Assembly: GCA_963825055.1 (NCBI GenBank)
Contig: CAWGSK010000013.1
Location: forward strand, 192,001-256,000
Length of the DNA stretch: 64,000 nt
Direction of reading: 5' to 3'
Source: an uncultured Gemmatimonadales bacterium
GTDB lineage: Bacteria; Gemmatimonadota; Gemmatimonadetes; Gemmatimonadales; GWC2-71-9
Below are positions 1 to 10,305 of the stretch, piece by piece. The translations under genes were made by a program, and so were the position numbers. Below the pieces are notes generated by a model. It saw only the letters and a program-made list of their open reading frames with translations, ran no database searches and was not told the origin of the DNA. How positions within the stretch are numbered: position 1 is the stretch's first letter; each line of letters opens with the position of its first letter.

Positions 1-343
1 GGAGGCGAAGCCTGCCGTCCAGCAGCTCTCCCAGTACTTCCCTCCGCTCGCTCGCGGACTGGACGCTCGAGAGCATGGCGGCAGGAATCCCCCGGGCCTT
101 GAGGGCGGCGGTCTGGTCCTGCATCAGGCTGATCAATGGCGAAACCACCAGCGTAGTGCCACCGAGCGCCACCGCCGGGACCTGGTAGCAGACGGACTTG
201 CCGCCCCCGGTAGGGAGGATGGCCAGCGCATCGCGACCGGCGAGCACGGAGCCGACAATAGACCGTTGCAGGGGTCGGAAGTCAGGATGCCCGAAGCGCT
301 GCTGGAGGATCGAGATGGCTTCGGCAAGACTGGGCGCAGGCAT
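1..343 (-). CDS. recQ: RecQ-family ATP-dependent DNA helicase, N-terminal part (runs off the window edge)
   Basis: Manual translation from ATG 343: MPAPSLAEAISILQQRFGHPDFRPLQ...LAILPTGGGKSVCYQVPA...VVSPLISLMQDQ, matching RecQ motifs 0, I and Ia. Not in the ORF track because it is truncated. Confidence 0.93.
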   Translation of the reverse strand, partial: MPAPSLAEAISILQQRFGHPDFRPLQRSIVGSVLAGRDALAILPTGGGKSVCYQVPAVALGGTTLVVSPLISLMQDQTAALKARGIPAAMLSSVQSASERREVLGELLDGRLRL

Positions 344-466
344 ACCCGAACATCGCGTGCACCGGTCGCGAGAGCCGTATCCCATCCGTGCGAGGCCGCA
401 TCGGAAAGCGCGACCGGGCAACCGATGTGAACGCGACCTTCCCTCCTCTTGAGGCATCCGGAGGAC

Positions 467-1459
467 ATGACCATCCGATTCACCGCCGCATTGCCCATGT
501 TGTGTCTGGCCTCCGTCCTGTCCGCCCAGGCGACCCCCGCCGGGGGCATTCCCGTTCCCGGTCAACCGTACCTCCGCTATGGCACGACCGATTCGCTGGG
601 CCGGTCCATCACGTACTACCTCTCGGAGGACGCGGGTCGATCAGAACTCCCCCTGCTCGTCTTCATCCAGGGTTCGGGAAACCGTTCGCAATTCATCCCC
701 AACGCCACGGTATTCCGGGGCAGCACCGGGCATTCTTCGCTGGCCGATGCGGCCAGGGGGCGCGCCCGGGTGCTCCTGGTGGAAAAACCCGGCATTGCAT
801 TCGGCGATGATGGAACCGGCGGACCGTCAGCGGCGTTCCGCCGCGAGCATACCCTGCCCCGATGGTCGGCGGCGATACTGGCGGCGCTGCACGCGGCCGT
901 TCGCGCAGCCCGCGTGGACACGACCTCCATCACCGTCATCGGGCACTCGGAGGGTGGGATCGCCGCCGCCCGTGTGGCGGGAACGGATCCTCTCGTCACG
1001 CGCGTTGTCCTCGTGGCCGGGGAGGGTCCAACGCAGCTCTACTCGCTGATCCGGCTGGCCCGGAATGGGGACCTGCTCGCCGCTTCCGGGCCCGATCCGG
1101 ATGCACGCGAGCGGGCCCTGCTCGCCGCGTGGGACAGCGTGCTGGCCTCTCCCCATGACGCGGACCGCATGTTCTACGGCCATGCCTACCCGCGCTGGGC
1201 CACGTTCGTGGGCTCCTCGCCTCTGGACGAGCTCGGCGGGTTCCGCAAGCCGGTGCTCATCGTACAGGGCATGGCGGACCGGGCCGTGGATCCGACCTCG
1301 GCGGAGGTCCTGTTCGCCGCGCTCCGTGCGCGCGGGCGGGATGCGACACTCTGGCGCATCGAAGGCGCAGGCCACTCCCTGCGGCTTGCCGGCGGCGAGG
1401 ATCTGTGGGGAGAGACGATGAAGCGGATTGTTGACTGGAGTCTTAGCGCGGCCAGGTGA
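467..1459 (+). CDS. Secreted alpha/beta-fold hydrolase (esterase/peptidase S9-like)
   Basis: GGAGGAC RBS before ATG 467; signal-peptide-like N-terminus; GHSEG nucleophile elbow, QGMAD acid and GAGH His. Confidence 0.8.
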   Translation: MTIRFTAALPMLCLASVLSAQATPAGGIPVPGQPYLRYGTTDSLGRSITYYLSEDAGRSELPLLVFIQGSGNRSQFIPNATVFRGSTGHSSLADAARGRARVLLVEKPGIAFGDDGTGGPSAAFRREHTLPRWSAAILAALHAAVRAARVDTTSITVIGHSEGGIAAARVAGTDPLVTRVVLVAGEGPTQLYSLIRLARNGDLLAASGPDPDARERALLAAWDSVLASPHDADRMFYGHAYPRWATFVGSSPLDELGGFRKPVLIVQGMADRAVDPTSAEVLFAALRARGRDATLWRIEGAGHSLRLAGGEDLWGETMKRIVDWSLSAAR

Positions 1460-1476
1460 CCGTGCCGGCGGGCGGT

Positions 1477-1644
1477 CTACTCCTCCGGCCGCTCCCGCGC
1501 GCGGCGCCGCGTGACCAGGCGGATCAGGAACGATGCGCCCAGCAGACCGATCGCCACCCAGATAATGCGCTGGTCCCCGGTCGCGATGCCGGCCACCGCG
1601 AAGACCAGGCCGGCGATCGCGAAGACCAGCCGCAGGCCGTTCAC
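1477..1644 (-). CDS. Small 55-aa two-helix membrane protein
   Basis: GTG start overlaps the crotonase stop (GTGA). Translation MNGLRLVFAIAGLVFAVAGIATGDQRIIWVAIGLLGASFLIRLVTRRRARERPEE*; high GC3; below the ORF-track cutoff. Confidence 0.7.
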   Translation of the reverse strand: MNGLRLVFAIAGLVFAVAGIATGDQRIIWVAIGLLGASFLIRLVTRRRARERPEE

Positions 1645-2399
1645 TTCTTGAGGAATCCGCTGATGGCCTTCCGGAAGTCCGGCGTGGCGCGCGCGGCGGC
1701 GTTGACCTGGGCCCCGAGCCGGAGCCCCTCCTCGAAGCCGCGCCCGTCCAGCGCGTAGAACTGCTGCTTGGTGAAGGCCAGCGCCGACGCGCTTCCTGCG
1801 GCGAGCCCCCGGAGCAGGGCGGCGACGTCCTTCTCGAAGGTCTCGTCGGCGAACACCCGGCTCACGAGCCCCTGCGCGGCGGCCTCATCAGCCCCCAGCA
1901 CGCGTCCCGTGGCGGCCAGGTCGAAGGCGACCTTCTCGCCCGTCAGCCTGCGGAGGATGTTGAGCACCATCGCCGGGACAAAGCCGCGCTGGATTTCCGG
2001 ATAGCCGATCTGTGCGCTCCGGGTGGCCAGGACCAGGTCGCAGGCCGTCGCGAGCCCGGCCCCCCCGGCCAGCGCGCGACCGTGCACGACGGCAACCACC
2101 GGCTTCGGCAGCTGCCGGATCCGGAGGAACACGCTTCCGAGGTGCCAGGCGGACCGTTCGTTTTCCTCGGGCGACTGGTCGGCGGAGGCAAGCAGCTCCG
2201 CCAGGTCGGCGCCCGCGCAGAAGTCCTTCCCTGCCCCGCGGATCGCCACCACGCGCACGCCGGCATCGAGGTCGGCACGCTCCAGCTCGGCGTGCAGCCG
2301 GTCCAGCAGCGGGGTGCTCATCGCGTTCCGCTTCTCGGGCCGGTTGAGCGTGAGGGTCAGCAGTCCGTCGTCGAGATCGGCCAGCAGCAGGTCGGTCAT
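1641..2399 (-). CDS. Enoyl-CoA hydratase/crotonase (methylglutaconyl-CoA hydratase-like)
   Basis: LNRPEKRNA, FCAGADL, ALAGGAGLATACD and YPE crotonase motifs. Confidence 0.88.
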   Translation of the reverse strand: MTDLLLADLDDGLLTLTLNRPEKRNAMSTPLLDRLHAELERADLDAGVRVVAIRGAGKDFCAGADLAELLASADQSPEENERSAWHLGSVFLRIRQLPKPVVAVVHGRALAGGAGLATACDLVLATRSAQIGYPEIQRGFVPAMVLNILRRLTGEKVAFDLAATGRVLGADEAAAQGLVSRVFADETFEKDVAALLRGLAAGSASALAFTKQQFYALDGRGFEEGLRLGAQVNAAARATPDFRKAISGFLKK

Positions 2400-2405
2400 G
2401 GTCGC

Positions 2406-2798
2406 TCAGCGGGATCGGGGCAGCGCGCGGCGGGCCAGGGCCACGGGCACGGGAATCTCCATCCGGAGGATGGCCGTGGAATAGACCTTCCCCTGCGCAT
2501 CGGTCCGGAGCGAGATGGTGCCACCGCCGTCCAGGGCCTGGTGCAGGAGAAAATTGAGCGCGTGCAGGTTGGGGAGTTCGAACCGCTCCACCGGGCCGGT
2601 CATGCCGCGGAAATGCCGGCGGACGCGCGCGGCGGTGAGTTCGCGGCGGAGGACGGGATAGTACTCGGGCTCCAGCGCGATCACCCCGATGTTCGCGGTG
2701 TCGCCCTTGTCGCCGGAGCGGGTGTGGGCCAGGTACCGCAGCGGCACCAGGCGGGTGGCCGGCCGGGAAGGACGCGGCTTCGCACGGGATGTCGGCAT
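2406..2798 (-). CDS. AtuA C-terminal-like (ferredoxin-fold) protein
   Basis: AHTRSGDKGDTANIG and LDGGGTISLRTDAQGK motifs; adjacent to an AtuA N-domain gene. Confidence 0.8.
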   Translation of the reverse strand: MPTSRAKPRPSRPATRLVPLRYLAHTRSGDKGDTANIGVIALEPEYYPVLRRELTAARVRRHFRGMTGPVERFELPNLHALNFLLHQALDGGGTISLRTDAQGKVYSTAILRMEIPVPVALARRALPRSR

Positions 2799-2808
2799 GG
2801 TGGTCTCC

Positions 2809-4173
2809 TCAGGCGCTCAGGACGTCGACGGTGACATGGGGATCCACTTCCGCCCGCGGCAGGAGCGCGGGCCAGAACGCCACGATCTCCTTCACGTCGG
2901 GCCGGTACCCGTATCCGGTCACGCCCGGCGGGCCGTTCAGGACGAGCGGCGCCATCTCGCGGGTGAACCGCTCCACCGGGGCCCGCTCGCGTGCACGGAC
3001 CCCGACCCTCAGCATCACCTCGGGGATGTCGGGGTCGGGGGGACCCGCCAGCCTGCCGTGCGTGGCGTCCACGCCGACGAACTCGGTGTGGACCTTTTCG
3101 AAGACCAGGCCCAGCGCATCCATCCGCTTGCGGATGATGCGATCGGCTTCGCGCGCCTTGTCGTATGCATCGGGCCAGCTGTAGACCAGCGTGCCGACGG
3201 CCTTCCACCCCCACGAATATGCGATCGACGCCTTGTAGCTGTCGGTCGGGGGGCCGCCGCGGGCGCCGCTCACCCGTACGCGATCGCGACCCGCGCGCCG
3301 GACGGTGAGCGAGGTGAAGTCGGCGACGCCGTCCGCGGTCAGGTATCGCTCCGGGTCGCCAATCTCGTACACCAGCTGTTCCGTGACCGACGCGGGCGTC
3401 ACCAGGCCGCCGGTGCCGGGATGCTTGGTGACCACGAACGAGCCGTCCTCCGACACCTCGACAATCGGGAACCCGACGTCCTCAAGGTGACGGGACTTCC
3501 GCCAGTCCCGCTGGTAGTTGCCACCCGAGCTCTGGGCACCGCACTCGAGGATGTGGCCCGCCACGGTACCGGCGGAGACCAGGTCGGCATTCTCCGGGTC
3601 CCAGCCGAATTCGTGGAAGAGCGGCCCGAGGACGAGCGCCGTATCGGTCACCCGCCCGGTCACGACGATCCGGGCGCCGTGTTCCAGCGCTTCGACGATG
3701 GGCGCCATCCCGATGTACACGTTTGCCGCCTGCACCCGGTCGCGGATGGTCTCCAGCGGCTCGCCGGTGTCCATGTTGTCCATCCGGGTTCCGCGGGCGA
3801 GCAGGTCGTCGAGCCGATCGGTGATGTCGTCGCCGGTCACCAGGCCCACGGCGACGTCGCGCTTCCTGGAGCGGGCGTTGTCGAGGATCGCCCGGGCACA
3901 GGCCCGTGGATTCACCCCGCCGGCGTTGGAGGTCACCCGGATGTCCCGGTCGAGCAGTGTGGGAAGGATCCGGTCGATCAGGGCAACGAAATCACGGGCA
4001 TAGCCCGCGGAGGGGTCACGCGACTTCAGTTTCTGCAGGATCGACATCGTCACCTCAGCCAGGTAGTCCAGCATGAGGTAGTCGATCGGTCCGCCCTCGA
4101 CCTGGCGCACGGGCGCCTCGAGCCAGTCGCCCCAGAAGCCCTGTCCCGCCGCAATCCGGACCGCGCGGCTCAC
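2809..4173 (-). CDS. Acyclic terpene utilisation AtuA family protein (DUF1446)
   Basis: [27 protein letters not shown] and EQLVYEI motifs. Confidence 0.88.
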   Translation of the reverse strand: MSRAVRIAAGQGFWGDWLEAPVRQVEGGPIDYLMLDYLAEVTMSILQKLKSRDPSAGYARDFVALIDRILPTLLDRDIRVTSNAGGVNPRACARAILDNARSRKRDVAVGLVTGDDITDRLDDLLARGTRMDNMDTGEPLETIRDRVQAANVYIGMAPIVEALEHGARIVVTGRVTDTALVLGPLFHEFGWDPENADLVSAGTVAGHILECGAQSSGGNYQRDWRKSRHLEDVGFPIVEVSEDGSFVVTKHPGTGGLVTPASVTEQLVYEIGDPERYLTADGVADFTSLTVRRAGRDRVRVSGARGGPPTDSYKASIAYSWGWKAVGTLVYSWPDAYDKAREADRIIRKRMDALGLVFEKVHTEFVGVDATHGRLAGPPDPDIPEVMLRVGVRARERAPVERFTREMAPLVLNGPPGVTGYGYRPDVKEIVAFWPALLPRAEVDPHVTVDVLSA

Positions 4174-7001
4174 GGCATCACCGGCGGAGTGGGGCGCGGC
4201 AGGCCAAGTTCCCGGGTCCAGACCTGGCCGTCAGCCTCGGCCGACACGATGCCCAGGGGGAAAAATGACGCGTCCAGCGGCCACGGCGAACCGGGGAAGT
4301 CGAAACGCACCTCGCTGCTGCCCGTGACGGGGAGCAGCAGGCTCGAGGACCCCGCCGGCGCGAGCGCGCGGGGCTCGGCCGCGTAGAACCGTATGCTCAC
4401 GCGAGCCGACCAGCGCGTGGTGGCGCCAGGACGGGCAAGGCCGGGGAAGAGGCTGAGACGAAGCGGGGTCCGGTCGGCCGGCGGCGATTCCGGCGCCCAG
4501 GTGAGGCGGCCCAGCGCGTAGTTGAGCGGCGCCTTCTCCAGCTGGGCACCGACGCTGTCGAACAGGCTCACGCCGAAATCGGTGAAGACCGACCACTGTT
4601 CCGGGTCCATCACCACGTCCACCTCGACCACCGATGCCCACGGCGGCATCTCGAGCGGCACGTCCACCCGGCCGGAACCACTGGATACGACCACGGTGTT
4701 CCGCTCGCCCCCCACCAGCGCGAGTCCCGCCTGCGCTTCGACCGGATGCCCGCTCACGTTAGCCAGCGTGACGACGGCGCGGGATGAATCGCGGCGCGCG
4801 TGCAGCGTCACCGGCGATTGCCGCACGAGGAACGAGGCGCTCGAGCCCCGGGTGGGTGGCGCGACGGCGACCACCTGCCACGTTCCGCCCCGCGCGTCGT
4901 GGCCGTCCACGTCGAACCGCGCATCCTCCCCGAACGGCACGGCCTGCGGGTCCCCGCCCACGACCGGCATCCCGCCAGGTTCGTGCAGGAAGACCAGGAC
5001 CTGGTGGCGGAACTCGCCGGCCCTCGCAATGACGGTAAACGGCCGCCCGCTGTCCACCGGGAAGAAGAGGCGGGTCTGGCCGCCGGCCGGGATGGGCACC
5101 GGCGCGCCGCCCCGGATGGTCGAGTCGCCCGCGCCAAGCGGCACCACCACCGTGTTGACCAGCCGGAAGGCCGGGCCGGCCACCGTGTCCGCGGCCCAGC
5201 CGCTCACGGTACCCGTATAGACCCCCGGCTCCCGGAGCGCCTCCGCACGGTAGCGCAGCGTCACGCGCGAGTCGGTGCCGTTGAGCGTGATGCTGTCGGG
5301 CGCGATGAGCCACGCCGCGGTCGAGCGGAGCGTGTACGTGGCCGGGGAGCCCGCCGGCTTCCGGAGGAGGAATTCCTGCAGCGTATCTCCGGGGTTCCGG
5401 AGGCCGGCACCCCGCCACGCCGCGGTCAGCCCCGTCCCACCCGCCGCCGTCGCGACCACCCCGCGGGGCGTCCGGCCGGCTTTCAGCCAGGCCGCTGCCG
5501 CCATGACGTCAGGCTCGCCGGCGCCCTGCTCGATGAACGTCTCGTTGAGCACCGGGCGCGCGGTGACCATCAATGCCTGTCGCAGGGTCGCCGCGCTGGC
5601 GGAAAGGCCTCCCTCGAGCAGGTGCGAGCGCAGGAGCGCCACGAGCCCGCTCGCGTACGGCGCGGCCATGCTGGTGCCGTTCGCCTGTTCGTCGCCGGTC
5701 TTCCAGGCCGGCACCGTACTGTACGCCACGCCGGGTGCCACCACATCGGGCTTCGCCACCTCGCCGCCGCGGCCGCTGAAGAAGGCGACCGGCTCGGACG
5801 CGTCCGTCCCGGCCCCCTGCAGGAACGGCAGCGGGATGGTGGCGCCGATGGTCAGTGCGCGCCGGGCGGAACCGGGGAAGCCGACGGTGCTGAGGCCGGG
5901 GCCCTCGTTGCCCGCGCTGATCACCCATACCAGATCCGGATTGGCCTCGAGGATGGAATCGACTGCCGCGTCGATCAGGGCCGTCCCCTCAATCTCGTTC
6001 CCGACGCCGAAGCTCAGGTTCAGCACGAGGGGCATCCGTCGCTCGGCGGCGAACCGGATCGCGTAGTCGGCCGCGGCCACCATGGAGCCGGTGGTCGAGA
6101 GGCCCCCCTGGGCATCATTGGCGATCTTCAGCCCGAGGAGCCGGGCGCCCGGCGCCACGCCATTGAACCCGGCTACGCCGTAGATATCGTGGCCGGCGGC
6201 GATGCCGGCAACATGGGTGCCGTGTCCGCTGTTGTCGAAGACCAGGTCGAGCGCGGGCCTGCCGCCCTGCTCCGTGAAGTTGGCCGCCACCGTCACGGGG
6301 GCCGCCGCCGATCCGGTCCGCCAGCCAAACGTCTCGCGTCCGGCGAGGTAGTCGTGCACCGGTCGTTCGTCGGCCAGGGAGCCGTCACCGTTGGTATCGG
6401 TGAACAGGATCCAGCCATCGCTTGCGCGGGCCACCACCACCACCAGGGTGTCGGTTCCGCGCCCGTTGCCATTCAGGTCCGAGGCGGGCGCCTGGCCAAG
6501 CGGCAGCTCCGCGACCACCCCGCCATACCAGGGGCCCGCGCTGTTATAGGCCAGCACGCGCCCGAATCCGGCCAGGGCGTGCCCGGCGATTTCGACGTGG
6601 TCATCGTCGGGAGTCACGGCCGTGAGCCCAACGACGCCTTCGCCGGAGAAGTCACGCAGGTCGAGGATCTTGGGCTCGCCGGTGCTGGTGGTGCCGAGCC
6701 CCGGTACGCCGGGGTCGATGCCGCTGTCCAGGATGCCGATCAGGACGCCCCGGCCGTCGCTCTCCGGGTTGGCCAGAAGGAAGTCCGGGACACCGGTGGA
6801 GGCCAGCGGCATGAGGCCGCGGCGGAACGCCTCCTCCGGCGGCAGCGAGCGCGCGGGCCCGCCGACCATGGCCGCCGGGGGAATGCTCGCCGCCGGGGAC
6901 TCGCCGCGGCCCGGGTCTACGTTGGGCGCCACCCGGGGGCGCGAGGGCGCGCAGGCGGCGGTAGCCAGCAGGGCGGCGAGGACAGCGCGATGCAGCGTCA
7001 T
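4170..7001 (-). CDS. S8 subtilase, tripeptidyl-peptidase-II/pyrolysin-like, predicted lipoprotein
   Basis: Catalytic triad [22 protein letters not shown]; oxyanion SAGN; lipobox-like LLATAAC. Confidence 0.88.
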   Translation of the reverse strand: MTLHRAVLAALLATAACAPSRPRVAPNVDPGRGESPAASIPPAAMVGGPARSLPPEEAFRRGLMPLASTGVPDFLLANPESDGRGVLIGILDSGIDPGVPGLGTTSTGEPKILDLRDFSGEGVVGLTAVTPDDDHVEIAGHALAGFGRVLAYNSAGPWYGGVVAELPLGQAPASDLNGNGRGTDTLVVVVARASDGWILFTDTNGDGSLADERPVHDYLAGRETFGWRTGSAAAPVTVAANFTEQGGRPALDLVFDNSGHGTHVAGIAAGHDIYGVAGFNGVAPGARLLGLKIANDAQGGLSTTGSMVAAADYAIRFAAERRMPLVLNLSFGVGNEIEGTALIDAAVDSILEANPDLVWVISAGNEGPGLSTVGFPGSARRALTIGATIPLPFLQGAGTDASEPVAFFSGRGGEVAKPDVVAPGVAYSTVPAWKTGDEQANGTSMAAPYASGLVALLRSHLLEGGLSASAATLRQALMVTARPVLNETFIEQGAGEPDVMAAAAWLKAGRTPRGVVATAAGGTGLTAAWRGAGLRNPGDTLQEFLLRKPAGSPATYTLRSTAAWLIAPDSITLNGTDSRVTLRYRAEALREPGVYTGTVSGWAADTVAGPAFRLVNTVVVPLGAGDSTIRGGAPVPIPAGGQTRLFFPVDSGRPFTVIARAGEFRHQVLVFLHEPGGMPVVGGDPQAVPFGEDARFDVDGHDARGGTWQVVAVAPPTRGSSASFLVRQSPVTLHARRDSSRAVVTLANVSGHPVEAQAGLALVGGERNTVVVSSGSGRVDVPLEMPPWASVVEVDVVMDPEQWSVFTDFGVSLFDSVGAQLEKAPLNYALGRLTWAPESPPADRTPLRLSLFPGLARPGATTRWSARVSIRFYAAEPRALAPAGSSSLLLPVTGSSEVRFDFPGSPWPLDASFFPLGIVSAEADGQVWTRELGLPRPTPPVMP

Positions 7002-7008
7002 GGTGGCG

Positions 7009-8655
7009 TCAGGTGTGGGGAATCGCGTCGAGTGGGGGAAGCACGAAGGGGCCCAGGTGAGGCCCGGGGTAGCTGGCGGTCAGGCCGAGGAGGAAGGCAA
7101 GCTGGTCCCGCGTTTCCTCCGGCGTGATGATGGCGTCGACGAAGCCGCGTGCGGCGGCATACTTCGCGTCGAGCTGGTGTTCATAGTCGGCCCGCATCGC
7201 CTCGACCGATTCGTTGACCTCCGGGTCCAGCGGGGCGCGCTTGCGGCGGGCCTCGTCGAGTGCGGGGCCGTGCACCGCGCCCACGGCCGACTCGCCCTCC
7301 ATGACCGCCATGCGGCCTGTGGGCCAGCTCAGGATGAAGTCCGGGTCGAACCCCTGTCCCGCCATGGCGTAGTAACCCGCGCCGGAGGCGTGGTTGACCG
7401 TGAGCACGATCTTCGGCACCACGGCGGTCGCCATGGCTTCCACGAAACGCGCCCCGGCGCGGATGATTCCGGAGTGTTCGGCTTCCGTCCCAACCATGAA
7501 TCCGCTCACGTCCTGCACGAACAGGATCGGCAGCCGTTCCCGGCTCGCGGTCTCGATGAAAAACGCCGTCTTCTCCGCGCTCTCCGTATAGATGATGCCG
7601 CCGGTGCGCGGCATGGTGCCGGGCTCGCCCTTGATGAGGCCGCGCTGGTTCGCGATCACGGCCACCGGCCAGCCCTCGATCCGGGCATGTCCGCAGATCA
7701 TCTCGCGCGCGTGGTCGGGCTGGAACTCGTCCAGCCTGCCCCCGTCCAGGATCGAGCCGAGAACGCGGTGCATGTCGTAGGACATGCGGTGGTCCTTCGG
7801 CAGGACGTCGTAGAGGTCGGCCGGGTCGTGCGCCGGGGGCTCGCTCCCGGTCACGCGGTGCCGGACGCCGGCGGGTTCCGGCAGCCTCGCGACATATTCC
7901 CGGATCAGCCGCAGGCACTCGGCGTCGTCGGCCGCGCGGTAATGCGCCACGGCGCTCCGCGTCGTGTGGGTGCGGGCGCCGCCCAGCGTCTCGGCGTCCA
8001 CCACCTGGCCCGTGGCCCCCTTCACCAGGTTCGGGCCACCCAGCCCCATGAAACTCGACCCGTCGGTCATGAAGATGACGTCGCTCAGCGCAGGAAGGTA
8101 CGCCCCGCCGGCGATGCAACTGCCCATGACCGCGCTCACCTGCGGCACGTGCAGGTAGCGGCGCATGATCGAGTTGTAGTAGAAGATGCGGGCGGCGCCG
8201 TACTGCCCGGGGAACACGCCACCCTGATAGGGGAGGTTCACCCCGGCGCTGTCGACCAGGTAGACGATGGGGATTCGCTGGCGCATGGCGACTTCCTGCG
8301 CCCGGAGCATCTTCTTGATGGTCTCGGGCCACCAGGAGCCCGCTTTCACCGTGGAGTCGTTCGCGACGATGACCACGTCGCGGCCGCTCACCCGTCCGAC
8401 ACCCGTGATCACGCCGGCGCCCGGAGCCTTGCCGTCGTACTGGTCATACGCCACCAGCAGGCCCAGCTCGAGCCACGGGCTGTCCGGGTCGCGGAGACCG
8501 TCCACCCGCTCCCGCGGCGAGAGCTTGCCCTCCTTGTGCATCTTCGCGACCCGCTTCGCGCCCCCGCCTTCCCGGAGCCTGGCGGCGAGGGCAAGGTACT
8601 CGTCGGTCAGCGCGCGAAGCCGTCGGGCCTCTTCCCCCGTGGACGCAGCGGTCAC
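7009..8655 (-). CDS. Acyl-CoA carboxylase carboxyltransferase (beta) subunit, MccB/AtuC-like
   Basis: [21 protein letters not shown] and DVSGFMVG motifs. Confidence 0.9.
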   Translation of the reverse strand: MTAASTGEEARRLRALTDEYLALAARLREGGGAKRVAKMHKEGKLSPRERVDGLRDPDSPWLELGLLVAYDQYDGKAPGAGVITGVGRVSGRDVVIVANDSTVKAGSWWPETIKKMLRAQEVAMRQRIPIVYLVDSAGVNLPYQGGVFPGQYGAARIFYYNSIMRRYLHVPQVSAVMGSCIAGGAYLPALSDVIFMTDGSSFMGLGGPNLVKGATGQVVDAETLGGARTHTTRSAVAHYRAADDAECLRLIREYVARLPEPAGVRHRVTGSEPPAHDPADLYDVLPKDHRMSYDMHRVLGSILDGGRLDEFQPDHAREMICGHARIEGWPVAVIANQRGLIKGEPGTMPRTGGIIYTESAEKTAFFIETASRERLPILFVQDVSGFMVGTEAEHSGIIRAGARFVEAMATAVVPKIVLTVNHASGAGYYAMAGQGFDPDFILSWPTGRMAVMEGESAVGAVHGPALDEARRKRAPLDPEVNESVEAMRADYEHQLDAKYAAARGFVDAIITPEETRDQLAFLLGLTASYPGPHLGPFVLPPLDAIPHT

Positions 8656-9077
8656 GACGTCAGGTGGGCACCGGCCCAGGAGCGGATGTATTCGATCAGG
8701 TCGGAAGTGGGCGTGCCGGGCCCGAAGAGTTTTCCCACGCCCGCCTGCTCGAGACTGTCCATGTCCTCCTGCGGGATGATCCCGCCACCCGTGAGCAGGA
8801 TATCCTCGCGGCCCTCCGCGTCCAGCAGCTGGCGGACCCGCGGGAACAGGGTCATGTGGGCCCCGCTCAGCACGGACAGGCCGACCACGTCGACGTCTTC
8901 CTGCACCGCGGCGCGGGCGATCATTTCGGGCGTCTGGTGGAGGCCGGTGTAGATCACCTCCATGCCGGCATCCCGGAGGGCCGCGGCCACAACCTTGGCG
9001 CCGCGATCATGGCCGTCCAGGCCGGGCTTGGCCACCAGCACCCGGACGGGGCGCGACGGGCTCTTCTGTTCAGTCAT
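8652..9077 (-). CDS. Acyl-CoA mutase small (cobalamin-binding) subunit
   Basis: [10 protein letters not shown] (DxHxxG), SVLSGAH and GGII B12-binding motifs. Confidence 0.93.
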   Translation of the reverse strand: MTEQKSPSRPVRVLVAKPGLDGHDRGAKVVAAALRDAGMEVIYTGLHQTPEMIARAAVQEDVDVVGLSVLSGAHMTLFPRVRQLLDAEGREDILLTGGGIIPQEDMDSLEQAGVGKLFGPGTPTSDLIEYIRSWAGAHLTS

Positions 9078-9103
9078 GAGCGACCTGGGTAAGGGTTCCG
9101 GGC

Positions 9104-10261
9104 TCAGCGGAAGCGCAGCAGCCCCGCCAGCCCCTCGATGGCCCCGCGGGCTTCGGCGTCGTACACCACGTCCACGTCCACGCGCTGCCGGAGGCCTTCC
9201 TCGATGGCTTCGTCAACCACGTCCAGTACCGGGACCGCGTCGCCCTCGCCCCGGCAGCCGCGCTCGTGCAGCGCCAGCCGGCCGGAATCGGAGCAGCGGA
9301 AGCCGGGCATGACGGCATCGGCATCCACCAGCAGGGTGCGCACCTGGCCGCGGGCCAGCGCACGGAGCGTCGGCTCGACGCCGTTCACCGCCCAGTTGCT
9401 GCCGAGTCCTTCCATCATTTCCTGCATGACAGCGCGCTCGGCGAGGCGTTCGTAGGACTGTCGTACCTCGAGCGTGGCCTGGTGGACCGCCGCCTCGGTG
9501 GCTTCCTTCGGGTTGAGCCGCGCGGTGCCCATCACCCGCTCCGCCAGGTACGGGTGCAGGAAGGGCTCGATGGCACCGGCCGTCGCGCCCGTGCCCGCCA
9601 GCACGATGCCGAGCGCGGGCTCGCGCTGGTTGAGCGAGAAGAGGTGGTCGGCCACCTGTGCGTAGTGGCGCTGTTTCTCCTCACGGATCCGGTTGTTGTA
9701 GCTGTCCTCGCGCTGGCCCAGCCCCATCGCGTCCCGCGGGCCGTGGAACCTGCCGCCCCGGGTATAGTCGGCACGCATGCTGTCGAGTTCGTTCACCTCG
9801 AACGCGGTCACCTCGAAGAACCTGGCCGCCGTGCGGTCCAGCACGACTGTGAAGAGGCGCCCGAACTCATCCTCGGCGCTTGCCAGCTCGCGCACCAGCG
9901 GGGTGCGGTCCACCGCGAGGCGCGAGCGGTGCACCCGAGGCAGCGCCACCGCCTCGAACAGGCGGAGCGGGCGGCTCGCGAAGATGGCCACGCCCTGCGT
10001 GGGCGGCAGGTTCTCCGGGCTTCTGGCCCACTCGACGAGGTGGTCGAGGTCGTCCTGCACCGCTTCCCGCGTTTTCCGGTCCCAGTCGAGCTGGTCAATG
10101 GCCTGCTCAACCGCCTTCACCCGGTTCTTCAGCTTGATCAGGTACTTGTTCCGGGCGCGATCCCGGGGCTCCAGCTTGAGGTAACAGGAAACAACACGGT
10201 GGTTACCAGACTGGACGCGCGTGAGGCGCTCCAGCTGGCGGGCAATGGGTGATGCGGTCAT
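9104..10261 (-). CDS. Bacterial archaeo-eukaryotic release-factor-like protein (baeRF family)
   Basis: Three-domain eRF1-like pattern: VSCYL...[17 protein letters not shown] core, and C-terminal [17 protein letters not shown]...[15 protein letters not shown]. Confidence 0.8.
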   Translation of the reverse strand: MTASPIARQLERLTRVQSGNHRVVSCYLKLEPRDRARNKYLIKLKNRVKAVEQAIDQLDWDRKTREAVQDDLDHLVEWARSPENLPPTQGVAIFASRPLRLFEAVALPRVHRSRLAVDRTPLVRELASAEDEFGRLFTVVLDRTAARFFEVTAFEVNELDSMRADYTRGGRFHGPRDAMGLGQREDSYNNRIREEKQRHYAQVADHLFSLNQREPALGIVLAGTGATAGAIEPFLHPYLAERVMGTARLNPKEATEAAVHQATLEVRQSYERLAERAVMQEMMEGLGSNWAVNGVEPTLRALARGQVRTLLVDADAVMPGFRCSDSGRLALHERGCRGEGDAVPVLDVVDEAIEEGLRQRVDVDVVYDAEARGAIEGLAGLLRFR

Positions 10262-10305
10262 GACGGTACTCCGTGCAATATGGTCCAGTCAGGACGGCGG
10301 CCGGC

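Noticed and set aside
320..352. Candidate LexA box at recQ (GTTCGGG just before the ATG on the minus strand)
   Set aside because: Only one half-site, with no partner at the 11-nt spacing; expected by chance.
4800..8952. Very long plus-strand ORFs (4800-7127, 6622-8952), and similar ones such as 16367-18784, 33459-35471 and 48513-50624
   Set aside because: Antisense shadows of well-supported genes. High GC3 suppresses stop codons on the opposite strand, and the translations are Arg/Pro/Gly-rich with no recognisable motifs.
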